Below, one piece after another: positions 50,678-60,287 of a DNA stretch of 64,000 bases. The first letter of the stretch is position 1; every line of letters starts with the position of its first letter. Under the pieces are notes generated by a model. That model was not told the origin of the DNA. It searched no databases and saw only the letters and a list, made by a program, of their open reading frames with translations. This DNA is from Syntrophales bacterium (GTDB taxonomy: Bacteria; Desulfobacterota; Syntrophia; Syntrophales; PHBD01), in contig OY764159.1 in NCBI GenBank assembly GCA_963668175.1, positions 3,872,001 to 3,936,000 on the forward strand. The letters are read 5' to 3'. The translations under genes were made by a program, and so were the position numbers.

Positions 50678-52863
50678 TGCGGACCTACTGCACCTACTTC
50701 GACAGAAACTATCTCTTCAAGGCCGCAGCCTTGATCGATTCTTTGAATAGCCACGAAAAGCGTCCCTTTCAGATTCTCGCCGTCTGTCTCGATGAAATCT
50801 CGCGCACGATTCTCGAAAGAATGCATCTGCCGAACGTCGTCGCCGTCCCGATACACCTTCTTGAAGAACGCGACGAACCGCTTCTGGAAGCGAAGAAGAA
50901 CAGGAGTCTCGTCGAGTATTACTTCACGCTCACGCCGACAGTCATTCTCCGCCTCATGGAACGATTCACGCTCGAAGAGATCACCTACGTCGACGCCGAC
51001 CTTTATTTCTTTTCGTCACCCGATCCTATCTTTGATGAATTCGAAGGACACTCCGTCCTGATCCACGAACATCGTTTTTCTCCGCGGCACCGTCACCGGA
51101 TTATCTACGGAAAGTATAACGTCGGGCTCCTCTGTTTCCGCAACGACGAGAAGGGGCTCACTGTCCTGAAATGGTGGCGGGACCGCTGCATCGAGTGGTG
51201 TTACGCGAGACTGGAGGACGGTAAGTACGCCGATCAGCTCTACCTGGACGACTGGACGGAGAGATTTGAGGGTGTACGGGTCCTGGAGAACATCGGCGCC
51301 GGCGTCGCCCCGTGGAATCACGATCAGTATGTTTTCCGTCGGGACGGCGCGGGCGAAATCCTTGTCGGCGGCAAGCCCCTCATTTTCTATCACTATCACG
51401 CCCTGCTCATGATCAATCCCGACGTGATGGTGCTGGACAAGTTTCACGTCTACGCCATGGATGAAGAGATGCTGCCTCTTTTGTTTCGCCCTTACATCCA
51501 TGCCCTTTCCCACAGCGTCGAGGCGGTGAAAGTGATTCTGCGCGATTTCGATTTCGGATTCGATCGGCAGACGCCTATCCAGAGTACGACGTCATTTGCG
51601 GCCAGGAAATCATTCGTGGCTCAGTTGCCCGAGACAACCGTATTCCCCCAGAAAGAGATCGATCTAGACGATGATTGGCGAGGTTTCCTCGCCGTTCCGG
51701 CCATGATGGTCAACGTCGTCCTTCCGTCATCGCCGCCGAAGATTTCCATCGTTACGCCGTCTCTCAACAGCGGCCCCTTCATCGAGGAATGCATCGATTC
51801 GGTCCTCTCCCAGAAATATCCGAATCTGCAATTCGTCATCATGGACGGGGGCAGTGAGGACGATACGGTCCGGATCATCAGGAAATACGAAAAACATATC
51901 TCCTTCTGGCAGAGCCGGAAGGATGATGGAGGACCATATGCCGCCGTTGCCGAAGGCTACGGGCACACAGACGGCGAAATCATGACATGGCTCGATGCCT
52001 GCGACAAATTCCAGCCGAACGCCTTTACGACCGTTTCCAGCATCTTTTCTCAATATCCCGATATTCGCTGGATCACGGGGAGACCCAACGGTTTCGATGG
52101 AAGAGGCGGGAATTTATGGGCGACCCATCCCCTGCCCGTCTGGTCCCGCGAACTTATATTGAAGCGGCGAACAAACAATCCCCTGATTCAGCAGGCCGGT
52201 ACGTTTTGGAGACGCACTCTCTGGGACAGGGCCGGGGCCGCGCTGAATCGTGACATGACGTATGCGGCGGATTTTGATCTGTGGCTGCGCTTTTTCCGCT
52301 ACGCTCAGTTATATACCGTCGATGCGCTGTTGGCCGGCGTTCGCGCTTATTCTGAAAGGAATGCATTGCGCTTCCTTAATGAATATCTCGCCGAAGCGGA
52401 AAAACGGCTCGCAGGAGAAAGGGCTTTGAGGCAGCAGGAAGGCGATGATTCTATCGTGCCGGCCGCTCCCTTTATCATGGTTCACTGGGAACAGGGAAAC
52501 ACAGCCAAGACATTGAACGAAATGGGTGAGGATCTCTATCAGGCGGGGGATATCGACAAGGCCATGGCCGTATTCCGCCAGGCGGTGGATGAGAGTCGCG
52601 ACGCAGCGGCCGCCCACAACAACCTGGGGGTAATCTACTGGCAGAAGGGTGAAAAGGAGAAGGCGTTGCGGCACCTTGCAGCAGCCGTTGGAGAACCGCC
52701 CTCGTATAAGCCGGCTTTCATCAATTATTCCCGCATGTTGATATCTTTGAACCGTGCGAATGATGCCCGGTCGGTTTGCTCGGCTTACCTGCAAGAGCAC
52801 CCGAATGATAACGACATCATGAGCATCATCCGGGAGATCAATCCTCCCAATTTGGTTGAATAA
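50677..52863 (+). CDS. tandem glycosyltransferase (GT-A-like plus GT2) with C-terminal TPR
   Basis: CTYFDRNY, YVDAD, DQLYLD, APWN, FYHY; then KISIVTPSLN, DGGSED; AHNNLG TPR. Confidence 0.8.
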   Translation: MRTYCTYFDRNYLFKAAALIDSLNSHEKRPFQILAVCLDEISRTILERMHLPNVVAVPIHLLEERDEPLLEAKKNRSLVEYYFTLTPTVILRLMERFTLEEITYVDADLYFFSSPDPIFDEFEGHSVLIHEHRFSPRHRHRIIYGKYNVGLLCFRNDEKGLTVLKWWRDRCIEWCYARLEDGKYADQLYLDDWTERFEGVRVLENIGAGVAPWNHDQYVFRRDGAGEILVGGKPLIFYHYHALLMINPDVMVLDKFHVYAMDEEMLPLLFRPYIHALSHSVEAVKVILRDFDFGFDRQTPIQSTTSFAARKSFVAQLPETTVFPQKEIDLDDDWRGFLAVPAMMVNVVLPSSPPKISIVTPSLNSGPFIEECIDSVLSQKYPNLQFVIMDGGSEDDTVRIIRKYEKHISFWQSRKDDGGPYAAVAEGYGHTDGEIMTWLDACDKFQPNAFTTVSSIFSQYPDIRWITGRPNGFDGRGGNLWATHPLPVWSRELILKRRTNNPLIQQAGTFWRRTLWDRAGAALNRDMTYAADFDLWLRFFRYAQLYTVDALLAGVRAYSERNALRFLNEYLAEAEKRLAGERALRQQEGDDSIVPAAPFIMVHWEQGNTAKTLNEMGEDLYQAGDIDKAMAVFRQAVDESRDAAAAHNNLGVIYWQKGEKEKALRHLAAAVGEPPSYKPAFINYSRMLISLNRANDARSVCSAYLQEHPNDNDIMSIIREINPPNLVE

Positions 52864-52924
52864 CCCGCCGACATGTGATAATACTTAGCTTGTGTGATAC
52901 ACTCATCCGGAAAGGAGAAGACCT

Positions 52925-53419
52925 ATGGCCTTAATGGTCGGTAAAGATACACCGGTGAATGAGATTAACGAAGCGGAACTCGCCTACCAAGGCATTCAGC
53001 CGCTCATCAAGGCAAAGAAGGACGATCTGGCCATCATGGCCCTGGAAAAACTCCTGGAAAGATATCCGGACTTCGCCCTCGCCCATAACGATCTCGGGGT
53101 TCTTTATTTCAATCAGGGAGATAAGGACAAGGCACTCGATCATTACCGGAAAGCGGCGGAATTCCAGCCGAACAATATCACGATTCAAAAGAACCTGGCC
53201 AACTTTTACCACATCGAAAAGCAGCAGCTGCCGGAAGCCATGGAGATATATCTCAAGATTCTTAAGGCAAATCCGGAGGATATCGAAACGCTTCTTGCCA
53301 TCGGCGATGTCTGTATTGCCGTCGAAGAACTCGATAAGGCGAAGACGTTCTATAACCGGGTCCTGGAGATAGAACCCTGGAATTCAAAGGCGTGGCAGGT
53401 TCTCCAGGCGATCAAATAG
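52925..53419 (+). CDS. tetratricopeptide repeat protein
   Basis: AHNDLGVLY, KNLANFY, YNRVLEIEP; SD AAAGGAG. Confidence 0.85.
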   Translation: MALMVGKDTPVNEINEAELAYQGIQPLIKAKKDDLAIMALEKLLERYPDFALAHNDLGVLYFNQGDKDKALDHYRKAAEFQPNNITIQKNLANFYHIEKQQLPEAMEIYLKILKANPEDIETLLAIGDVCIAVEELDKAKTFYNRVLEIEPWNSKAWQVLQAIK

Positions 53420-53580
53420 AGAATCCTTTCTCCTCCCACGTAGTCGTACCGGCGTGTCGATCCAGTCTGTTCCGCCTTTGATTTATTGTGGAACAAATTC
53501 GCGTTTCCCGTCTAACAACAAACCGGCCTTTGTACTGAAAGGGCAGACTCCCTTTCGTCCCCTATGCTCCTCATTCGATC

Positions 53581-54492
53581 ATGACGCGACCACAGATTTC
53601 CATTGTCACACCTTGCCTCAACGGTCTTCCTTTTCTCCCTCGAACCATTGAGAGTGTGATTTCCCGCCGTGATGCCGTCCACGCGGAATATATCGTGATC
53701 GACGGCGGTTCGTCAGACGGATCGATCGACTGCCTGAAAACGTATGCCGACCGGATCGATTACTGGTCATCCGAACCCGATTCGGGCATGTACGACGCCA
53801 TCGCCAAGGGGATAGAACGTTCCCAAGGAGAGATCGTGGGATGGCTCAACAGCGACGATCTCTATTTCCCCTGGACGCTTCCCATGGTGGTCGATATCTT
53901 CACCCGGTTCCCTGAGGTCGAATGGCTGTCAACCTTGACCTATGCGATTACCGACAGATCGGGCTATCCGGTATTCATGGGCAAACTGCCCGGCTTTTCA
54001 AGGGAAGCCTTCCTGGACGGCGTATACATGACTTCGGTCGGATCGTTCAATGCCCGTTCAGTAGGGTTCATCCAGCAGGAATCGACCTTCTGGCGGCGTC
54101 GCCTTTGGGACAGGGTCAACGCGGGATCGGTCATTCGCGAATATAAGTATGCCGGCGATTTCGCGCTATGGTGCCTCTTTATCTCAGTGACGCCATTGTT
54201 TGCGGTCCAGGCGCCCCTGGGCATGTTCCGGTCCCATGCGGCTCAGATCACGAAACAAAATATGTCTTCGTATCTTGAGGAAGCCGGCCGCTGCCTGCAG
54301 ACACTGCGTCAGCACTTCCGCTACGAAGGCACACATTTGGCCCCTCAAGCTCCCGCCGTATATGAAGGGTTCTATATCGAAAAGTCGAAAACCGCCGACG
54401 CGGAAGGCGATTGGGACATCGTAAAAAGAAATTTTTCCGTTCTTCCCGAATCGAACGAAAAGACCCTTATCACAAGTTTTCTCATCGGATAA
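53581..54492 (+). CDS. GT2 glycosyltransferase
   Basis: ISIVTPCLN, IDGGSSDGS, SEPDSGMYDA, WLNSDD, IQQESTFWRR. Confidence 0.9.
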   Translation: MTRPQISIVTPCLNGLPFLPRTIESVISRRDAVHAEYIVIDGGSSDGSIDCLKTYADRIDYWSSEPDSGMYDAIAKGIERSQGEIVGWLNSDDLYFPWTLPMVVDIFTRFPEVEWLSTLTYAITDRSGYPVFMGKLPGFSREAFLDGVYMTSVGSFNARSVGFIQQESTFWRRRLWDRVNAGSVIREYKYAGDFALWCLFISVTPLFAVQAPLGMFRSHAAQITKQNMSSYLEEAGRCLQTLRQHFRYEGTHLAPQAPAVYEGFYIEKSKTADAEGDWDIVKRNFSVLPESNEKTLITSFLIG

Positions 54493-54511
54493 CCGACAAC
54501 CCTCCAGTCTG

Positions 54512-57166
54512 ATGTCCTCAAATCCCTTCCTTGTCTCCGCAATCGTTTCCACGTACAACGCCGAGCGGTTCATGGCCGGCTGCCTGGACGACCTCGAAGC
54601 CCAGACGATAGCCGACCGGCTGGAAATCATCGTGGTCGACAGCTGCTCGGAACAGAACGAAAGAAAGATCGTTGCAGCCTATCAGAAACGTTTTGCGAAT
54701 ATCCGCTATATCCGCACGGAGAAGCGCGAACGCCTCTATGCCGCGTGGAACAGGGGAATACGCGAGGCAGCGGGGCTGTATATTACAAACGCCAACACAG
54801 ACGACCGCCATTTCCCTCACGCCATGGAAGTCCAGGCGAAAGCCCTGGACGAGCACACGGAAGCAGGCATCGTCTATGCCAACATCCTCGTAACGGACCG
54901 GGTCGACGACATCCTGCAATGGCCCGCCCTCATCCGTGATAACGATACCATGACCGGAAGCAGGAAGGGCCGTTTGTTCACGTATCCCGATTTCTCTCTC
55001 CTCGGCGGCCTCACGGGGTCCAATTTCAGTCCCCAGCCCATGTGGCGGCGGTCTGTTCACGATGAAATCGGTTATTTCGATGAAAGCTATACCGTCGCCG
55101 GCGACTACGATTTCTTCTACCATACGGCCTGGCGATTCGGGGCGGTTCATATCCCCCAGCCGCTGGGGATGTATTTCGAGAATCTCGCAGGCATTGAAAA
55201 GACGAATAAGGATGCCACAATCAACGAATTTTCGCGGCTTCGCAACAAATATTATGCCATGATCCCGCTTTCGAAATTAATTCCAGGACTTGAGGAAGTC
55301 CCGGACGACCGCACCGGACAAGGCTATGCCTGGTGGAAGCTGGGGGATAACTGCCTGGCCGCCAGGCCCCGGCCTGAATTCCGGCTCGCCGCCGGTTTTT
55401 ACGGCAAAGCCTTGGCGGCCCTGGGCGAAAGGCCAAAGCTTATCCATAACCTCGCGGTGAGCCTCCTTGGCGACGGCAACAACCAGGAAGGATCGAAGTT
55501 CCTGGAAAAGGCAGCGGCAGTCCTCCCCGAATCCCGATTGCTTCTTGAAAAACAGAAGCTCTCCACAATGGACGCCCCGGACATCGGCATATACTTTCCT
55601 GCGGAAACCGATCAGGAGGTATTCGAAGACTATCCGGCGAAGAAGGCAGACGGTCCGGATCGTTCAGCAGAAAATGTGAAGGGGGAGACCGTCGCCGGTC
55701 TCCGAGGCAGAGCCAGAAGTTCTGCCGGGAGCATCCTGGAAGATGCCAAAGAAATGCAGCAGCAAGGTCAGTTCGATCGGGCCGTCCAGACCCTTCTGAC
55801 CGGTATTAAAACTTCACCGGCCGAAATTTCGCTCTATCACGGGCTGGCGGAAATGCTGATGGAGGCATCGCTCTTCTTCGACGCCCTCCATATCCTGCGC
55901 AACATGCCGACGGCGGCGGGCGACGTCAGGCGATGGGAACTTGCCGGGGCCTGCTGCAGAAGCGTCGCCCACCCTGCATCCGCAGCAATGCAGAGATCGA
56001 TTTCTCTTTGTATGATTGTCAAGAACGAGGCCGAGCGTCTCGGTCAATGCCTGTTGAGCGTCTATCCGCTCGTTCGGGAAATCGTCATCGTCGACACGGG
56101 TTCCACCGACCGGACCAAAGATATAGCGGCGGCCTTCGGGGCCCGCATTTACGACTTCCCCTGGGCGGACGATTTCTCGGCGGCGAGGAATTTTTCCATC
56201 TCTAAAGCCACAAGCGACTGGATCCTTGCTTTGGATGCCGACGAGGTTGTCGCCGAGAAAGACCTGCAGGCATTCAGGGAACTGACGGCATCGAGCACCC
56301 CGGAAACGGCTTACGATTTCGTGACGCGAAACTACATCGCCGATTTCAACACCCTCGGCTGGTCCCCGAATACGGGTGCATACGCCGCTGAAGAGGCCGG
56401 ATGCGGCTGGTTTCCCAGCACGAAGGTGAGATTGTTTCCCCGCCGGAAGGCGATCCGGTTCGAGTATCCCATCCATGAGATCGTTGAAAACAGCCTCAAG
56501 AGGGCAGGCATCGCCGTCAAGAACAGCGGCATTCCCATCCATCATTACGGCAAACTCAACAGGGGTCAAGACCTGGTGAAGGGCGAAACGTACTATCTTC
56601 TCGGCAGGAATAAACTTGCCGAGATGAAGGACAATCCGAAATTCATCGCCGAGCTTGCCATCCAGGGAAGCGGCCTGGGCCGCGACGATGAAGCCCTTGA
56701 CCTGTGGCGGCAGGTTGTCCGCCTTGAACCAGACAACGCCGATGCCCATATGAACATCAGCGCCCTCCTGATACGGCTGGGAAGGTATCGGGAGGCCCTG
56801 GAGGCGGCCAACCGGGCAAGGGATATCAATCCCCATTCCGGAGGCGTCCTGTATAATTGCGCCATTTGCGAATTCTTCTGCGACGATCTGGATGTGGCCA
56901 TCTCCTATCTGGACCGTTTGCTCCGACAAGTCCCGGAGTACGTCCCCGCCCTGGCCCTGCTGGCGGCAGCCTATATGCTTAAACAGAGGGGACCGGAGGG
57001 ACAGAAGACGCTCTCGACATTACATGAAAAAGGCATCGATTGGGTTCCCTATTTCGAGGAATTGATTAAGCGGCTGATCGCCGACGGTCGCCGCGAATAT
57101 GCCTCCTCTCTTGCGCAATGCGTGAATTCAGCAGGAGTCCGGCGGGACATCGATCATGCGACTTGA
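54512..57166 (+). CDS. GT2-TPR-GT2-TPR multidomain glycosyltransferase
   Basis: VSAIVSTYN...NANTDD; SISLCMIVKNE, DTGSTD, DFSAARN, LDADE, IHE, HHYG; TPRs. Confidence 0.87.
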   Translation: MSSNPFLVSAIVSTYNAERFMAGCLDDLEAQTIADRLEIIVVDSCSEQNERKIVAAYQKRFANIRYIRTEKRERLYAAWNRGIREAAGLYITNANTDDRHFPHAMEVQAKALDEHTEAGIVYANILVTDRVDDILQWPALIRDNDTMTGSRKGRLFTYPDFSLLGGLTGSNFSPQPMWRRSVHDEIGYFDESYTVAGDYDFFYHTAWRFGAVHIPQPLGMYFENLAGIEKTNKDATINEFSRLRNKYYAMIPLSKLIPGLEEVPDDRTGQGYAWWKLGDNCLAARPRPEFRLAAGFYGKALAALGERPKLIHNLAVSLLGDGNNQEGSKFLEKAAAVLPESRLLLEKQKLSTMDAPDIGIYFPAETDQEVFEDYPAKKADGPDRSAENVKGETVAGLRGRARSSAGSILEDAKEMQQQGQFDRAVQTLLTGIKTSPAEISLYHGLAEMLMEASLFFDALHILRNMPTAAGDVRRWELAGACCRSVAHPASAAMQRSISLCMIVKNEAERLGQCLLSVYPLVREIVIVDTGSTDRTKDIAAAFGARIYDFPWADDFSAARNFSISKATSDWILALDADEVVAEKDLQAFRELTASSTPETAYDFVTRNYIADFNTLGWSPNTGAYAAEEAGCGWFPSTKVRLFPRRKAIRFEYPIHEIVENSLKRAGIAVKNSGIPIHHYGKLNRGQDLVKGETYYLLGRNKLAEMKDNPKFIAELAIQGSGLGRDDEALDLWRQVVRLEPDNADAHMNISALLIRLGRYREALEAANRARDINPHSGGVLYNCAICEFFCDDLDVAISYLDRLLRQVPEYVPALALLAAAYMLKQRGPEGQKTLSTLHEKGIDWVPYFEELIKRLIADGRREYASSLAQCVNSAGVRRDIDHAT

Positions 57167-57196
57167 AACTATGAAGCATACCCCTGAAAAAAAGGC

Positions 57197-58270
57197 ATGA
57201 ACAGCTCGCTTCTTACTCTCTTTGCCGTACCGAAGGCCTTCACGGGAGACATGGCGTGGATCCAGGGCAACGCCATAGCAAGCTGGACCAAACTGAATCC
57301 CCGCCCCGATATCATCCTAATGGGGCAAGACCGGGGAACGGCCGAGATCGCCCGGGAGCTTGCCGTCGAACACGTCCCGGATATCGAGACCAGCGAATTC
57401 GGAACGCCGCTGATGCACTCCATTTTCCAGAAGGCGGAGGCGTGCACGAATACACCCTGGCTTGGCTATATCAACGCCGATTGCATGCTGCTCGCCGATT
57501 TCTCCCATGCCATGAAACTGCTGCAGAGCGAACTCGCGCGTCACGCCATTCCCGAATTTCTTCTAAGCAGCCAGCGGGTGGAAATCGATGTTCGGAAGTC
57601 CATCGATTTTTCCGCCTCCAATTGGCAGGCGGATATCGTGACCGAAGTGAACGAACGGGGCGTTCTCGACCACAAGACGGCCATCGAACTTTTTCTGTTC
57701 AGCAGGGGTCTCTTCAAGGACATACCGCCGTTTGCCATCGGCAGGCCCTGCTGGGACAACTGGATGGTCTGGTTTGCATGGCATAACAAAACGGCCGTTA
57801 TCGACGCGACGGAGGCGTTCCGGGTCGTCCACCAGTGCCACGACTACAGCCATGTTGCGGGCGGCTGGCGTAAAACAAGGCAGGGCGAGGAAGCGCAACG
57901 AAACGTCATCCTGGCCCAGGGACGGTTCATGTCTCTGGATATTGCCTGCACGCACGTTTTGAACACAACGGGTTTGTTCCCGGGCAGGACGCCCGACAGG
58001 GGCATGAGGGACACCCTGGTCAAAAGGAGATTGGAAAGGGGTCTGGAGGAATTCAACCGGGGACGCTACAGCGAAGCCCTCGACTATTTCGACGACGCCC
58101 TGTCCAGATCGGGCTCTTTGGCCGTTCAATCGGTCCACCTGGTCAGGGCGTTATGCCTGGACAAACTCGGCCTTCGCGAAGAGGCCGTAGCGGCGCTGAA
58201 GGATGAGCTTGCCTCCTTTCCCGACAACGTACAAGCCCTGCAATTCCTGGAAAAGTTGACGGAAGCCTGA
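57197..58270 (+). CDS. putative glycosyltransferase (unclassified GT-A-like) with C-terminal TPR
   Basis: PKAF, QGNAIASW, GTP, YINAD, GRPCWDNW, HQCHDY; paralogous to a domain of the 44589 gene. Confidence 0.68.
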   Translation: MNSSLLTLFAVPKAFTGDMAWIQGNAIASWTKLNPRPDIILMGQDRGTAEIARELAVEHVPDIETSEFGTPLMHSIFQKAEACTNTPWLGYINADCMLLADFSHAMKLLQSELARHAIPEFLLSSQRVEIDVRKSIDFSASNWQADIVTEVNERGVLDHKTAIELFLFSRGLFKDIPPFAIGRPCWDNWMVWFAWHNKTAVIDATEAFRVVHQCHDYSHVAGGWRKTRQGEEAQRNVILAQGRFMSLDIACTHVLNTTGLFPGRTPDRGMRDTLVKRRLERGLEEFNRGRYSEALDYFDDALSRSGSLAVQSVHLVRALCLDKLGLREEAVAALKDELASFPDNVQALQFLEKLTEA

Positions 58271-58376
58271 AAAAGCGGGAGGACCGGGACATAGAACCTT
58301 TCGCCTCATGGGGCAATTCCAACGGAATGTTCCAGGAGAAGCTCCGTCGCAATAACCGCAGCCTCGCTGCCGCCCT

Positions 58377-60260
58377 TCAGTTTCCTTCAGCAACACACCT
58401 CCGAAGGCCGGCTATCATCTCGTCGATCACCTTTTCCCAGTCACCGGGGGCCGGTTGGCGAAACAGTCGCATCGTCGGGTACCACGGGCTGTCGTCCCTT
58501 TTCAGAAGCCATCGCCAATCCGGTGCATGCGGAAGCATCAGCCAGACGGACCTCCCCATTGCCCCCGCCAGGTGGGCCACTGCCGTGTCGACCGAAATGA
58601 CCAGATCGAGGTTCGCAAGCAACGCCGCCGTATCGGCAAAATCGTTCAGATCCTCCGTATAGTCGATTATCCTCCTGCCGTAAGTCCCACCGTTCAGCAC
58701 CTCCGCTGCCTTCCCTTTCTGCAAGCTGTAAAACAAGACTCGATCCGTATCGAGGAGCGGCACCAGCTTCTCCATCGGAATGGATCGGTTGCGGTCATTC
58801 TTGTGTTCCGGATTACCCGACCACACCAGGCCGACTCTGAAGCCGCCGCCGTCTGCAACGAGCCTTTCATGCCACGTTGCTTCCCCGACCTTGTCGGCGG
58901 CAAGATAAGGGATGCGATCGGGAATCGACGACAACTGTGTTTGAAAAACCATCGGCAGTGTCAGGAGCGGGCAGTGGCAATCGAAAACGGGAAGATCGTC
59001 TCCGCGGCGAATGACCCGTGCAGCGCCGTCCACGGTCTCGCAAAGGGTTACCAAACCCCCAGGCACTTCGACGATGACCTTGGCACCCGTCTTCGCCACA
59101 AGCGGAACATATCGAACAAACTGTATGGCATCCCCGTACCCCTGCTCCGCATGGAGCAGGATCGTTTTTCCCGCAATGTCGGAGCCGTCCCAGAGAGGCT
59201 GCGAAAAATGCCTCAGGTAGAGACGGTAATCCGCCTTCTCCCACCGCCATTCATACCGCTTCCATCCTTCACTAAACTCTCCCGCCAGCAAATAAACCAG
59301 CGATAGATTCCACTGTGCCTCGGGAATCGTGGGATTGATCTCCAGGGCCTTCTGATAACAGCCGATGGAGTTAGCCGTATCCCCCTTTTCCTTGAAGGCG
59401 ACACCCATATTGTTATAGGCCTCGAAATAATCGGGATCGATCCCAAGGGCCCTCCTGTAGGTCCCGATGGCCTCATCGTATCGACCCGATTCCCTCAGGA
59501 CGTTTCCGAGGTTATAACAGGCATCCAGGAAAAGCGGATCGATCCGCAGGGCCTCCCGATAGGAAGCTGCGGCCGCCTCGGCCCGCCCCGTCTCTTTGTA
59601 GAGATTCGCTATGTTATAATGGATCTCCGCATCGCCGTCTCTCAGCCTCAAGGCCTCCCGAAAGCTGGCCATGGCTTCCGCCATCTCTCCTTTGTCCCGC
59701 AGGGCGTTGCCCATGTTCTTGTAAAAATCCGCCGAGTCCGGGTTCAATTGGAGGGCTTTTTTAAAGCACTGAACGGCCCCTTCGAAATGGCCTTTGATCC
59801 TCAAGGCGTTTCCCAGGTTATTATAGCCCATGGCATTGTCGGGATCCCCTCCGATCGCCGTTTGGTAGCATTCGACGGCCTGATCGATCTCTCCGCAGGC
59901 CGTTAAGGCGACTCCCAGATTGTTGTGGATATCGGCATTGCCGGGGCAAAGCGCGGCGGCGCTCCGGTAACAGGCAACGGCCTCTTCATACCGCCCCTTT
60001 TCCTGGAAAGCATTGCCCATATTGAGATAGGCATCGGCATGGCCGGGATAGGAGTCAATCGTTCTCTGGAAATACTGGACGGCGAGATCGAATTCCCGGC
60101 GGTTATAAACGATGAGGCCGAGAAGATACAGACAGTCTGGATCGCCGGGCACGTTCTCCAATATCTTCAGACAGGCGGACCGGGCTTCTTCCAGGCGGCC
60201 TTCCCGGTAATCGATCAGGGCTGTCCGGATAGTCTCACGGATGGCATCCGACGTGTTCAC
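58377..60260 (-). CDS. TPR-array protein with C-terminal GT9-like glycosyltransferase domain
   Basis: About 9 TPRs (AYLNMGN, NNLG); YEWRW, EQGYGDAIQFVRY, VGLVWSG, DLVISVDTAVAHLAGAMG, WRW, SPWYP. Confidence 0.88.
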   Translation of the reverse strand: MNTSDAIRETIRTALIDYREGRLEEARSACLKILENVPGDPDCLYLLGLIVYNRREFDLAVQYFQRTIDSYPGHADAYLNMGNAFQEKGRYEEAVACYRSAAALCPGNADIHNNLGVALTACGEIDQAVECYQTAIGGDPDNAMGYNNLGNALRIKGHFEGAVQCFKKALQLNPDSADFYKNMGNALRDKGEMAEAMASFREALRLRDGDAEIHYNIANLYKETGRAEAAAASYREALRIDPLFLDACYNLGNVLRESGRYDEAIGTYRRALGIDPDYFEAYNNMGVAFKEKGDTANSIGCYQKALEINPTIPEAQWNLSLVYLLAGEFSEGWKRYEWRWEKADYRLYLRHFSQPLWDGSDIAGKTILLHAEQGYGDAIQFVRYVPLVAKTGAKVIVEVPGGLVTLCETVDGAARVIRRGDDLPVFDCHCPLLTLPMVFQTQLSSIPDRIPYLAADKVGEATWHERLVADGGGFRVGLVWSGNPEHKNDRNRSIPMEKLVPLLDTDRVLFYSLQKGKAAEVLNGGTYGRRIIDYTEDLNDFADTAALLANLDLVISVDTAVAHLAGAMGRSVWLMLPHAPDWRWLLKRDDSPWYPTMRLFRQPAPGDWEKVIDEMIAGLRRCVAEGN

Positions 60261-60287
60261 ACCGTCTTCCCCCCGAGCGATACCTTC

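Noticed and set aside
59300..60260. Repeated sequence as a CRISPR or DNA repeat
   Set aside because: Degenerate 34-aa TPR coding repeats; no CRISPR array, transposase, tRNA or rRNA seen in the window
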